From Desulfocapsa sulfexigens DSM 10523 (GTDB lineage Bacteria; Desulfobacterota; Desulfobulbia; Desulfobulbales; Desulfocapsaceae): a DNA stretch of 32,000 bases. The notes under the pieces were generated by a model. It did no database searches and had not been told where the DNA came from. It worked only from the letters and a program-made list of their open reading frames with translations. The DNA lies in NCBI RefSeq assembly GCF_000341395.1, contig NC_020304.1, positions 1,620,001-1,652,000 on the forward strand, written 5' to 3'. The position numbers and the translations under genes were made by a program. Positions 18,790 through 27,321 of this stretch are shown here, in pieces; within the stretch, counting starts at the first letter, position 1; each line of letters begins with the position of its first letter.

Positions 18790-18990
18790 TATCAGCCTTT
18801 CTGGAAGATACAGATATTGGAGTTGAATGAGTTCTCTGCTGATATTAACTTGCAGATTTCTGCATACAGTGCCTCTGCCTGTTCCAGAAACAGATCAGCT
18901 ACTGCCGGATCAGAATGCCCCCGCCCGCGCTTCCTTGATAATACCGATCGAGATCTCCAGGCCGAACGGTTCCTTGTCTGACTGCCACCT
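18790..18990 (-). pseudogene. possible frameshifted gene remnant
   Basis: Minus strand '..RQGTVRPGDLDRYYQGSAGGG' continues only after a frame change as 'HSDPAVADLFLEQAEALYAEICKLISAENSF'. Confidence 0.3.
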
Positions 18991-19237
18991 ATCTCAAATC
19001 CTAATCATCCCCAATGATCCTATAGAAGACCTTGCATATAACAATTTTTTTTGGGGCATTGGTAGTATTCTCGCTGACGAATGTTACGCATAAGAGGAGG
19101 CAAGAGTGCATGGCAATGACGTGGCAAACCCAAAGAATATCTGGTATATCTGAAGGTTTTTAAAAACCGCTATGTTCTTGCCGTCCCTTTAATGCGATGG
19201 TTTGGTACTATACTCTGTGAATGAGAGTATCTTTAAG

Positions 19238-19873
19238 CTAATTGTTGATTTCAACGAGGTCTGTTTGCATTAGCTCCAGTTGTTTTTCATACTCCATTAT
19301 GTGAGCTACCTTTTTGACAAAATTAGAATCATACCCAAAACGCTTGAGGAGATGAAAACCAACCTCTATTCCGGAAGTAATACCACCTCCAGTAACGATG
19401 CGACCAGTATCAACGACTCTGTGCCGATCAATTATACATTTGGGTGCGATCTGTGCTAGCCTATCAATTGGTGCAATTAGCTCACTTGGGTCTTGGCTCT
19501 TTCTGTTGGTTGCCTGAACACCATCAAGCAAGCCGGCAACACCATAAACCCAAGAGCCTGTACAGACGCTGACCAGCATAGTCTCTTCTGGAAGTGCTTT
19601 TACAAAGTTGATTAGCCTTTTATTATGAATCTCAGATCGTAAACCAATGCCACCAGGAACAAGAAATGCGTCCATGCTTGGATTGTCGTTCAGACCGTAT
19701 TTTGGTATGACTCGCAGGCCGGCTGTTGCCATAACAGGTGCCATAGTATCTGCAATGATAAATGTTTCCAATTCCGGGTCCATTCTTTTGGCTACCGCAA
19801 AGACTCCTGTTGGCCCAGCCCAGTCAATGACTTCTGCATTGTCACAAATATAAACACCTAATCTTTTTTTCAT
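19238..19873 (-). CDS. DJ-1/PfpI family (GATase1-like) protein
   Basis: 'MKKRLGVYICDNAEVIDWAGPTGVFAVAKRM', nucleophile region 'TMLVSVCTGSWVYGVAGLLDG'. Start revised from 19978 to 19873. Confidence 0.88.
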   Translation of the reverse strand: MKKRLGVYICDNAEVIDWAGPTGVFAVAKRMDPELETFIIADTMAPVMATAGLRVIPKYGLNDNPSMDAFLVPGGIGLRSEIHNKRLINFVKALPEETMLVSVCTGSWVYGVAGLLDGVQATNRKSQDPSELIAPIDRLAQIAPKCIIDRHRVVDTGRIVTGGGITSGIEVGFHLLKRFGYDSNFVKKVAHIMEYEKQLELMQTDLVEINN

Positions 19874-19904
19874 AGTTTTCTCCTTGTTGATTATTGTTAA
19901 AGGT

Positions 19905-19914
19905 AGACCGGTCT
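19905..19914. promoter_or_regulatory. putative TetR-family operator half/full site
   Basis: AGACCGGTCT perfect palindrome followed by GTCTG, upstream of the PfpI-like gene. Confidence 0.5.
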
Positions 19915-19975
19915 GTCTGTGGTCGCGAAAATTAAAGCCATCTATGCATATTATCATTCCTCCTTTAAGCTGGCG

Positions 19976-19995
19976 CACAGACAGGTCTGTCTGTG
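19976..19995. promoter_or_regulatory. putative TetR-family operator
   Basis: CACAGACAGGTCTGTCTGTG: 9+9 bp inverted repeat, same GACAGAC/GTCTGTC sequence as the site upstream of tetR. Confidence 0.65.
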
Positions 19996-20012
19996 TTGTT
20001 GTAAAAAATATA

Positions 20013-20600
20013 TTACCGATTCAGTAAGCTTTTGACTGCTTGCTGAGCGGCTTCAATGGGCCAAGTATCATTGTAATTTTGACTGGAAACGATAGCTCCC
20101 TCGACCAACACATAGACCATTTGCACAGTTTGCTGAATTTCCAGTTCTGCGTAAGAGGAATTCGCCTCGATAAGGTCATGAATAATATTTTGTAAATAGG
20201 CCTGAAGGTCATTTTTATGCTTAATGACCTCCTCTCTTATTTTTGTATCTATTGCTGGTACTTCTGCGGCTATATTTAAAAAAGCACAGCCTCTGAAATT
20301 ACTTTCCGACATCCACTTTTTTAAAAAATCAAACACTGCCATTAGTTTTTCTTCGGCAGTACTTTTTTCTGATACGCTTTCCTTCAACCATCCCATCCAT
20401 AAAACATGTCTAGCTTGAAGATATGCAATACATAATGCCTCTTTAGATGGAAAGTGAGCATAAAATGTGGCCTTTGCTACTTTTGACTCAGAGATTATTT
20501 GATTAATGCCTGTAGCTAAATACCCTTGAGTATAAAAGAGATTAAGAGCTGTTTCAATGATGCGGTCTCTAGCGCTGCTTTCAATAATTTTTTGTAACAT
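20013..20600 (-). CDS. TetR/AcrR family regulator
   Basis: N-terminal HTH 'SSARDRIIETALNLFYTQGYLATGINQIISESKVAKATFYAHFPSKEAL'. Confidence 0.95.
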   Translation of the reverse strand: MLQKIIESSARDRIIETALNLFYTQGYLATGINQIISESKVAKATFYAHFPSKEALCIAYLQARHVLWMGWLKESVSEKSTAEEKLMAVFDFLKKWMSESNFRGCAFLNIAAEVPAIDTKIREEVIKHKNDLQAYLQNIIHDLIEANSSYAELEIQQTVQMVYVLVEGAIVSSQNYNDTWPIEAAQQAVKSLLNR

Positions 20601-20617
20601 TGTTCAATGATACGCTA

Positions 20618-20633
20618 GACAGACTTGTCTGTC
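20618..20633. promoter_or_regulatory. putative TetR-family operator (autoregulatory)
   Basis: GACAGACTTGTCTGTC perfect 7+7 bp inverted repeat 18 bp upstream of the tetR start. Confidence 0.7.
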
Positions 20634-20664
20634 AAGTCTGTTTTGTGTTTTGCCGGATCTGGAC

Positions 20665-20730
20665 GTCGAACGCCGCAATTCAGTGGAGCCGACGCCAGCG
20701 AGGCTTCCGTGTGGGATTGCATTGTTAGAT
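20665..20730 (-). repeat. attC-like site (best candidate)
   Basis: Minus strand ATCTAAC-AATGCAAT..GGAAGCC..GGCTCC..AATTGCGGC-GTTCGAC. R'' matches RYYYAAC, arms pair (TCTAAC/TCGAAC, GCAAT/GCAAT, GGAAGCC/GGAGCC with one unpaired base). Starts 3 bp after the GNAT stop codon. Confidence 0.65.
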
Positions 20731-20733
20731 TTC

Positions 20734-21294
20734 TTAATAGTCAGACCTAATAAGTCCAAAGCACTTAAGGTCATGAAATCGTACCTTCCAATATCCGCTT
20801 TCCCTTAGTAGCCCCTCTTCTTTGAACCCTAGCTTCTTTAACACTGCCTCCGAAGCACCATTGCCTGGAACAGTATCTCCTTGAATTCTATTTAACTCCC
20901 CGCAAGGTAGACCACCTGAGAAGGCTATTTTGATTGTTTCTCTTAATGCTTCAGTAGCGTAACCATTACCCCAAAAGTCTTTAGATATATCGTAGCCGAC
21001 AACTGAACTTCTCATTTTAGAATTCCATGAGTTAAACCCACACGTACCAATAAAATCACCATTGTCTTTCAGGCGAATAGCCCATCTAATACCTAGAGCC
21101 TCATCAAATCTTTTTTTGAATAGCTGGATCAAGGTTGATGCCTGATCAATACTGGAAAAAGCCTCAAGATCATAATATTTAATAACATCTTTGTTTGAAA
21201 AGTGTCGATACAGTACCTCGGAATCCTCTTTTACTAATTCATTCAATATCAACCTATCTGTACTTAATTTAGGGAACAGCAAGGTTGTCTCCAT
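20734..21294 (-). CDS. GNAT acetyltransferase (RimJ/RimL type)
   Basis: 'LSTDRLILNELVKEDSEVLYRHFSNKDVIKYY', 'IGTCGFNSWN', 'VVGYDISKDFWGNGYATEALRETIKIAF'. Confidence 0.92.
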   Translation of the reverse strand: METTLLFPKLSTDRLILNELVKEDSEVLYRHFSNKDVIKYYDLEAFSSIDQASTLIQLFKKRFDEALGIRWAIRLKDNGDFIGTCGFNSWNSKMRSSVVGYDISKDFWGNGYATEALRETIKIAFSGGLPCGELNRIQGDTVPGNGASEAVLKKLGFKEEGLLRESGYWKVRFHDLKCFGLIRSDY

Positions 21295-21324
21295 AAAATA
21301 TGCCGATCACGTTTAAAAGGTTAA

Positions 21325-21466
21325 AATTAGTGAAGCCAACTCCAAAGAACGTGCGTGCTTCGCAAGTCTTGTTGGTCGATATGTTGCATTCTTTTTGTGC
21401 TGAGCTTAGTCGCGCTTGGTTTGTATTAAATTTGTCGCACTTCAAAGTTGAAGATAGGTTTATGTT
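21325..21466 (-). repeat. long attC-like imperfect inverted repeat region
   Basis: Minus strand CTTCAACTTTGAAGTGC ... GCACGTTCTTTGGAGTTGGCTTCA; the core tgaagccaactccaaagaacg (21331-21351) recurs at 28837-28857 with 1 mismatch. Confidence 0.35.
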
Positions 21467-22057
21467 TTAATCTCTGGTTGTTAGCCAGGTCTCAATGTCG
21501 GGGAGATTTTGCCAAACATCACTATATGTTTCATGTTTTTTCAGAACATTTACTACCATCGGTAGTGGTTCTGCCCATATTTCTGGTAAATCAATTTCTT
21601 CATCAATCTGAGTTGAAAATGCAAGACACTCAATTGGTGGGGTGAACTGTGCATTAACATTTTCCTTATTTCCCCTTGGGTCTACACGATACCATCCTAT
21701 CTCTGGTAGAAATATTGCGTTTAGACCATGTAAACAAAATGGGGCGCCATTATCATCTCGGCTCAGACGTTGGTAACAAAGTCCGGTTGGGATAGAGTTC
21801 GCTCTTAGTAATGCAGCTAACAAATGACTTTTGGCATAACAGTAACCCGTCCCAGCAGCTAAGACCTCAGATGCTGAGCATGTAACTGGGTTTAGGGCAA
21901 AGTCATTACTATGTTTTATTGTGTCTCGTACCCACTCGAAACATACTTTCGCAATATCTGTATGACTACTAAGGCCTTTTGCAAGCTCTTTAGCTTTGAC
22001 AGAAACTTCTTTATGCTCCCAATCAATAATGTCTGAAGATTTAAGGTAGTTCTGCAT
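21467..22057 (-). CDS. transglutaminase-like (papain-fold) domain protein
   Basis: 'VLAAGTGYCYAKSHLLAALLRANSIPTGLCYQ' (Cys), 'FCLHGLNAIFLPEIGWYRVDPRGN' (His/Asp). Confidence 0.88.
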   Translation of the reverse strand: MQNYLKSSDIIDWEHKEVSVKAKELAKGLSSHTDIAKVCFEWVRDTIKHSNDFALNPVTCSASEVLAAGTGYCYAKSHLLAALLRANSIPTGLCYQRLSRDDNGAPFCLHGLNAIFLPEIGWYRVDPRGNKENVNAQFTPPIECLAFSTQIDEEIDLPEIWAEPLPMVVNVLKKHETYSDVWQNLPDIETWLTTRD

Positions 22058-22097
22058 GATGATTTTTTTACTTACTTGTTGCTAATTTTATTTGAAA

Positions 22098-22165
22098 TAT
22101 AACGCAGTCAATATTTGACGACAAGAGCGTAGTGTGTGACCATCAACTTGATGGCCATGTTATAA
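22098..22165 (-). repeat. attC-like site
   Basis: Minus strand TTATAAC ... GCGTTATAT, 68 bp, with internal stems CCATCAAGTTGATGG and GTCAAATATTGAC, lying between two co-oriented genes. Confidence 0.45.
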
Positions 22166-22193
22166 GCTTCTTTTGCCTTATTGGATTCATGTA

Positions 22194-22571
22194 TCATGTT
22201 GATAGTAGTCCAGCTAAGCCAAGCAAGGAAACTGTAGCGAAAAGCCAAGTTGATGGAAAGCGGAAGGGGTTAATGTTACCTTTCCGTGCAACAGCTGCAC
22301 TCAATAAAGAGGATGCTCCAGTAACTATGGTTAAAAACACGGCTAGTTCTGGGCGATCAGGATTGAGTGCGACGTATGCATACCCGCCACCCATAGTAAA
22401 TGTCAGTATGGTTGTAACGTGCCAACAATAATAATTGAGCCATTTGGATGCAGTTGGCAAATCAGAATTTGCAAGTAGTGGCTCTGCTACGCGGGGGCCA
22501 CCGACAAAAGTATGCACCGAAAAAGTGATGGCACTCATAATGGTTGCAGCCCAAAGAAAGTATGCCTGCAT
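22194..22571 (-). CDS. small membrane protein of unknown function
   Basis: Four hydrophobic segments; start revised from 22628 to 22571 (MQAYFLWAATIMSAITF) with GAGG upstream. Confidence 0.6.
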   Translation of the reverse strand: MQAYFLWAATIMSAITFSVHTFVGGPRVAEPLLANSDLPTASKWLNYYCWHVTTILTFTMGGGYAYVALNPDRPELAVFLTIVTGASSLLSAAVARKGNINPFRFPSTWLFATVSLLGLAGLLST

Positions 22572-22827
22572 GTCTCTATACCTCGAATAGGAGATCGGTA
22601 AGTAAATCATAAACTCTTGGGGACACATCTCCGAGCAATGTAATAGGACCAGCTATTATTATACAACTCATACAAAGGAGGTAATGCCCCATGAGAATAA
22701 AAATATGGTAGCAATCCCGGAAAATGTAAGAAATATGTTTTACAACCTGACCTTCTTTGATCCCTTTCGTGAGGGGGGTTACCAAGAGTTCAAAGAGCGG
22801 CGAGGAATATTCCTCTCAATCCATTTG

Positions 22828-23259
22828 TTAACATAATGATAATGTTCCATTTTTAATCATTTCGACTTCATTTTGAAATATGGCCATGGCGGTTTTCATT
22901 TTCTTGAATCCAAGCTTTACGTAAAAGCCTTCTGTTCCAGGATTAGCGTATAGAATGATTTTTTTATGCCCTTGTGATTGATCAATCAGATTCTGAATAA
23001 TCTTCTTTCCTATCCCCGTCCCCTGATAATCAGGATGAACTGCAACATCTGCGAGATAAGAACAATCAAGTCCATCAGCTAGCGCTCGACCTCCTCCAAT
23101 TAAGTTGCCCTCATCAAATACGAAACATTTAAATTTGCTATTTGTGAATACGGTTTCTAAATCATCAGCTAATTTTGTACCAAGTGGGGCAACTCGATAC
23201 AATTCAGACAGCTCAAACCAGTTAATTTGAGATTGATCTAATTGCCAAGTAATATTCAT
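22828..23259 (-). CDS. GNAT acetyltransferase
   Basis: 'LADVAVHPDYQGTGIGKKIIQNLIDQSQGHKKIILYANPGTEGFYVKLGFKKM'. Confidence 0.93.
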   Translation of the reverse strand: MNITWQLDQSQINWFELSELYRVAPLGTKLADDLETVFTNSKFKCFVFDEGNLIGGGRALADGLDCSYLADVAVHPDYQGTGIGKKIIQNLIDQSQGHKKIILYANPGTEGFYVKLGFKKMKTAMAIFQNEVEMIKNGTLSLC

Positions 23260-24434
23260 CTATCTAAAGTCCTTTTTTTTGCATTTATGATGGATTTGAA
23301 AGTGTTGACAAATTTGTTAAACTCTTTTTCCGTTGTCACAAGAGGAGGGTCAATCCTAAACAAGGCTTTTCGGTTGCATACAATAAAACCTTGTTCAATC
23401 AAATCGTTATAGATATCATCTCCTACTTTTTTGCTTACCAATTCGACAGCAAACATTAGCCCCTTACCACGAACTTCCAAAACAATTTCACCATCTACGA
23501 GAGACTCTAGTTGAGAAAGAAACAAGCGGCCATTTTTTTCAGCATGTTCAATGATGTTGTTGCTTTGTATTTGTCGTATTACCTCGTTGGCGATTGCTGC
23601 ACCGAGTGGGTCATTTTGATGTGATTGTAGGTAGCTGAACGGCTTTGCTTTGCGCACCTCCTTTACGCTCCCGGGGCTGAGGACAGCCACACTTACTGGA
23701 TATCCATTACCAATTCCTTTACCAATTGCAATCATATCCGGAGTAATGCCATAATGCTGAAAACCAAACCATTTTCCTGTACGACCGATGCCAGTTGTTA
23801 CTTCATTGGCAATAATTTTACCTTTGTTTTTCCTGACAATATTGGCTAAATTTTGAACCATAGATTTAGGGGGAAATCTAACAAAACCTGAAGCACTACC
23901 AGGTTCAAAGATAAACTCTGATATATTGTTTGGTAGGTTTGTAAATTTGTAGCACTCAGTGGAACATTTTTTATTTTTTGGACATGATTCACAGTATTGC
24001 CAATCAAAAATATGCCAATCGGTATCTCTATCGATTACAGAGCGGTATGACCCTAAATATGCATCGTGTAAAGCCAAAGTGATTTTTTTCTTGGAGATGT
24101 GCGTTGTGATTTGTCGCAAGAGTTCTATAGCTTCACTGCCAGAACTAAGAAAAGTGACTTCCCCATTTTTAAAACTTGTGAGAGATAAGATTGTATCGGC
24201 AGCTTTTTCTAAAATTCTATTTGAATAGCAGAATCCTGTGTGCATTACGGATTCAATTTGATTCTTTATAACATCATTTATTTGCTTATTTTTATGGCCT
24301 AACGCTGTACACCATATACCAGATTCCAAATCCATATATTGTTTTCCACTCTCATCAATCAGGTACACACCATGACTGTCAACGATGTTTGGAATTTTCA
24401 ATTCATGTATGGAATAATTGCCAATGTTTTTCAT
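23256..24434 (-). CDS. class III PLP-dependent aminotransferase with an internal Cys4 insertion
   Basis: 'GSGSEAIELLRQ'-like PLP pocket (FLSSGSEAIELLR), 'IIANEVTTGIGRTGKWFGFQHYGITPDMIAIGKGIGNGYPVSVAV'; insertion 'YCESCPKNKKCSTECYKF'. Confidence 0.93.
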   Translation of the reverse strand: MKNIGNYSIHELKIPNIVDSHGVYLIDESGKQYMDLESGIWCTALGHKNKQINDVIKNQIESVMHTGFCYSNRILEKAADTILSLTSFKNGEVTFLSSGSEAIELLRQITTHISKKKITLALHDAYLGSYRSVIDRDTDWHIFDWQYCESCPKNKKCSTECYKFTNLPNNISEFIFEPGSASGFVRFPPKSMVQNLANIVRKNKGKIIANEVTTGIGRTGKWFGFQHYGITPDMIAIGKGIGNGYPVSVAVLSPGSVKEVRKAKPFSYLQSHQNDPLGAAIANEVIRQIQSNNIIEHAEKNGRLFLSQLESLVDGEIVLEVRGKGLMFAVELVSKKVGDDIYNDLIEQGFIVCNRKALFRIDPPLVTTEKEFNKFVNTFKSIINAKKRTLDR

Positions 24435-24595
24435 TATACTTTATTTTGTTGATGGCGATAATTTTAACACATAGTGTGCTTGTAGGACTTGCCGGCCATG
24501 GAATTAGCGTGAACTTTGAGCGTGGCCAAAAACTTGGCCTACAACCAAGAATGGCGCGTGTGAGCCGGTCAGAGTGTAAGCTTTTGTGAGCATTT

Positions 24596-25234
24596 TCATA
24601 ATTTTTCTAGTAATTGTTTTTCATAGGCAGGATCAGGTCTAAAACCATATCCTTTGGCTTTGTCCAATGGCTTTTTAGCTTTTGAGTAGTTGCCTTTTTG
24701 ATATTCAAGAATCGACCAATTTAATAAAATTAGAGGATGTTTAGGTTCGATTTTTGTAGCTTCTTGAAATAGTTTTTCTGCTTTGATAAAAGACTCATGA
24801 GGATTTTTATCCTTTTCTTTCAAGTAAGAACCTAGAAAAGTATATGAGTATGCAAGGTCTCCTAAAATTAAACCATTTTCGGGAGCCATTGATTTTGCCA
24901 AATTGAGGTAGTTGATGGACTCGTTAATGTTGAATAATGGATCTTCCTGAGCCGCTCTATTACCCATGATTAAGCCAAAACCCCACAATGCATCAAGGTT
25001 GTTATGATCAAACATCCAGGCTTGGTTGAACCGTTTTATTGCTGTATCGTGATCTCCTTTATAGAAATATTTCCAGCCTAATTGTGCCGTTTCCCTACTA
25101 AGCTTTTTATCTGGTTGTATGTGTGACTTGTTTGCACCGCCATACATCGGCATTTCGTTGGATGGTCTGTCACTCGCAAAAGCCACAGAATGAAGAATGA
25201 GAAAAATAGATAATAGGAGAACCGATACTTTCAT
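24596..25234 (-). CDS. secreted tetratricopeptide-repeat protein
   Basis: Signal peptide 'MKVSVLLLSIFLILHSVAFA'; TPR-like 'GWKYFYKGDHDTAIKRFNQAWMFDHNNLDALWGFG'. Confidence 0.8.
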   Translation of the reverse strand: MKVSVLLLSIFLILHSVAFASDRPSNEMPMYGGANKSHIQPDKKLSRETAQLGWKYFYKGDHDTAIKRFNQAWMFDHNNLDALWGFGLIMGNRAAQEDPLFNINESINYLNLAKSMAPENGLILGDLAYSYTFLGSYLKEKDKNPHESFIKAEKLFQEATKIEPKHPLILLNWSILEYQKGNYSKAKKPLDKAKGYGFRPDPAYEKQLLEKL

Positions 25235-25342
25235 GATGTCCTTTTTTGATGGTTAACTCGTCAGCTGTGTATTTTAAAAGGGAAAGTCTTCTTTGGCCTT
25301 TGAGGCCCAGCAAAAGCCAAAAGCAGATTTGATAATCATATA

Positions 25343-25439
25343 AAAGGCACCTCGGCCTGAAACTCAAGATCGAGCTTCAGGCCCAACCAAGATGGTTGTA
25401 TAATTGAGGTAGATAAACCATTACAAAGGAGGTGCCTTT
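25343..25439 (+). promoter_or_regulatory. structured 5' leader of the IS110-family transposase gene
   Basis: AAAGGCACCT (25343-25352) pairs with AGGTGCCTTT (25430-25439), which overlaps the SD AAAGGAGGT just before ATG 25440; inner hairpins GGCCTGAA/TTCAGGCC (25354-25383) and CAACC-AAGAT-GGTTG (25384-25398). Confidence 0.65.
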
Positions 25440-26462
25440 ATGACTTCATTATACGCTGGAATCGATCTGCATTCAAACAATAGTCATTTAGCTATACTGG
25501 ATCAGGATGACAAACGAGTCTTTCACAAGAAACTTCCCAATATGGAAGATGTTCTGCTGGCTGAGCTCAAACCATTCCAAGATGAATTGTCTGCTGTTGT
25601 GGTGGAATCGACTTTCAATTGGTATTGGCTTGTAGACTGCCTGATGGAACAACGGTACGAGGTATTGCTGGCAAATCCTGCGGCCATGCTGCAGTACAAG
25701 GGGCTTAAGCATGTTGACGACAAACATGATGCCTTTTGGCTGGCCCATATGGCGAGGTTGGGCATTCTTCCACAGGGTTATATTTACCCTAAAGAGGAAA
25801 GACCTTTTCGTGATTTGCTGAGAAAAAGAGGTCATTTGGTTCGTCTGCGAACATCCGTAATCAACAGCCTGCAGGGGATCATCAGTCGAAACTGCGGCTG
25901 TAGCTTGAGCGGCAACAAGATGAAGCGCATGCGCGAGAATCATGTGGCGCCTCTTCTGACCGCTAATGAAGATCTTGCATTTAGTGGTGAAGTGTCCAGA
26001 GAGGTAATTGATTTTCTCGGACAGCAGATATCTCGGATTGAGCCTTTGGTGCTTGAGAAAGTACAACTACGCAAACCATTTCAATGCTTGCAGAGCATAC
26101 CGGGAGTTGGCAAAATCCTCTCTTTAACAATTATGCTGGAAACCGGACCAATCACTCGTTTCAAGAAGGTTGGTAATTTCACATCATATTGTCGCAAAGT
26201 ACCGACAACCTGGACAAGCAACAGCAAAAAGAAGGGCAAGGGAAACAGTAAAAACGGTAACAAGTATCTGGCCTGGACCTTTTCTGAGGCTGCGGAGTAT
26301 TCTCGACGCCACAGTGATCAAGCCAGAGCATTTTTCAATCGGAAAGCAGCCAGGACGAATAAATCGGTAGCCTACAGTGCGCTGGCGCACAAGTTGGCAA
26401 GGGCTTCTTACTACATGATGAGGGATCAGGTATGTTTTAACCCGAACAAGCTTTTTACCTAG
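25440..26462 (+). mobile_element. IS110-family transposase (DEDD + C-terminal Tnp20-type domain)
   Basis: 'YAGIDLHSNNSHLAILDQDDKRV', 'VVESTFNWYWLVDCLMEQ', 'KHVDDKHDAFWLAHMARLG', 'LQSIPGVGKILSLTIMLETGPITRFKKVGNFTSYC'. Confidence 0.95.
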
Positions 26463-26740
26463 GAATGGCCGAGACGGCGAACCTGAAAAGGGGTTGGTTG
26501 AAACCACCAGACTTGATTGGCAACCGTCTCGCCCTGTGATGATTTATTTTTACCGCCCATGGCGTGAACCACTAAGGGGTTGGCTTACAACCACGAGGCC
26601 TGAAACAAACGCTTGGACACGTCATGGAACCAATAATTTTCTAGGCCCACAATTGTGGGTAGGGGCTGTATGGAAGACAAATGGCTGTTTCACTATGAGT
26701 TTTGAGGAATATTTGCCACACAGCCATTTGTTTCCTGCTG
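26463..26740 (+). ncRNA. structured 3' flank of the IS110-family element; candidate bridge-RNA-type noncoding region
   Basis: CGAGACGG (26470-26477)/CCGTCTCG (26524-26531) enclosing GGTTGGTTGAAACCACC; second copy-like 'aaggggttggcttacaaccac' at 26574; CCCACAATTGTGGG (26646-26659); perfect 12-bp inverted repeat ACAAATGGCTGT (26677-26688)/ACAGCCATTTGT (26720-26731). Confidence 0.4.
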
Positions 26741-26884
26741 GTTCATAGATCCTGAGGCTGACTGGTGCGGTAATATTACCAACACGACAACTCTGAAATA
26801 TAGGGTGCGGAAGAAAGGAATAGTACAAAGACAGAGAGAGCAGCTGGACTTTGACTAAACCCTTGCAAGGGAAATGATCACTTT

Positions 26885-27217
26885 TTACTTAGTGGGTGAT
26901 CCCTTTATTTTTTCCTTAGCCTTGTAGCCATATTGAGTATCGCCAAATTGTTCTGATAAATATTTGTACAAACCAAGAGCTTCATCTTGTTTTTCGAGTT
27001 TTTCTAATGCAAGGGCTTTTAAAAATACAATTTCAGCTTTCATTTCTCGAGATGGCTCCTCATAGTTTTCGGCACGAGAAGTAAGTGCTAGCACGTCTTC
27101 ATAATTTCCATCATCATAACTACTGTATGCTTTACTCAGTGCACCTCTTTGAGCTAAAGTACTGCTACATCCGCTAATCAGTAGGGCTAACATAAAAAAA
27201 ACGATATTTTTTTTCAT
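26885..27217 (-). CDS. small lipoprotein with TPR-like repeats
   Basis: 'MKKNIVFFMLALLISGCSS' lipobox; 'AYSSYDDGNYEDVLALTSRAENY...FLKALALEKLEKQDEALGLYKYL'. Confidence 0.8.
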   Translation of the reverse strand: MKKNIVFFMLALLISGCSSTLAQRGALSKAYSSYDDGNYEDVLALTSRAENYEEPSREMKAEIVFLKALALEKLEKQDEALGLYKYLSEQFGDTQYGYKAKEKIKGSPTK

Positions 27218-27233
27218 TGATGACTTCCTTTAA

Positions 27234-27321
27234 TTATAACGCCTTACGTCACCGTCAGCAAAAAGACAGAGCGAGGAACGAACGACGCCTTTTGATGTTT
27301 GAGTGCATGTGATTGTTATGG
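27234..27321 (-). repeat. attC-like site
   Basis: Minus strand CCATAAC (abuts the TAG stop of the arsM-like gene) ... AAGGCGTCG ... TGACGTAAGGC-GTTATAA, followed by AAAGGAAG SD and the next ATG at 27217. Confidence 0.5.

Noticed and set aside
18827-19093. 88-aa plus-strand ORF
   Set aside because: No recognisable features; the opposite strand looks like a decayed gene.
22580-22827. Spacer searched for an attC-like repeat or small gene
   Set aside because: No consistent pairing at the gene borders and no supported ORF.
24435-24595. Spacer with GGCCAA/TTGGCC hairpin and GTGTTAAAA considered as another attC-like site
   Set aside because: Outer arms do not pair convincingly; left out of the feature list.
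26184-26507. 107-aa minus-strand ORF and 25488..26066 minus-strand ORF
   Set aside because: Antisense to the transposase; no independent support.
26494-26748. 84-aa plus-strand ORF downstream of the IS110-family transposase (and 26622..26828 antisense)
   Set aside because: Overlaps the dense hairpin region, has low-complexity Trp/Arg-rich composition and no SD; more likely noncoding element end.
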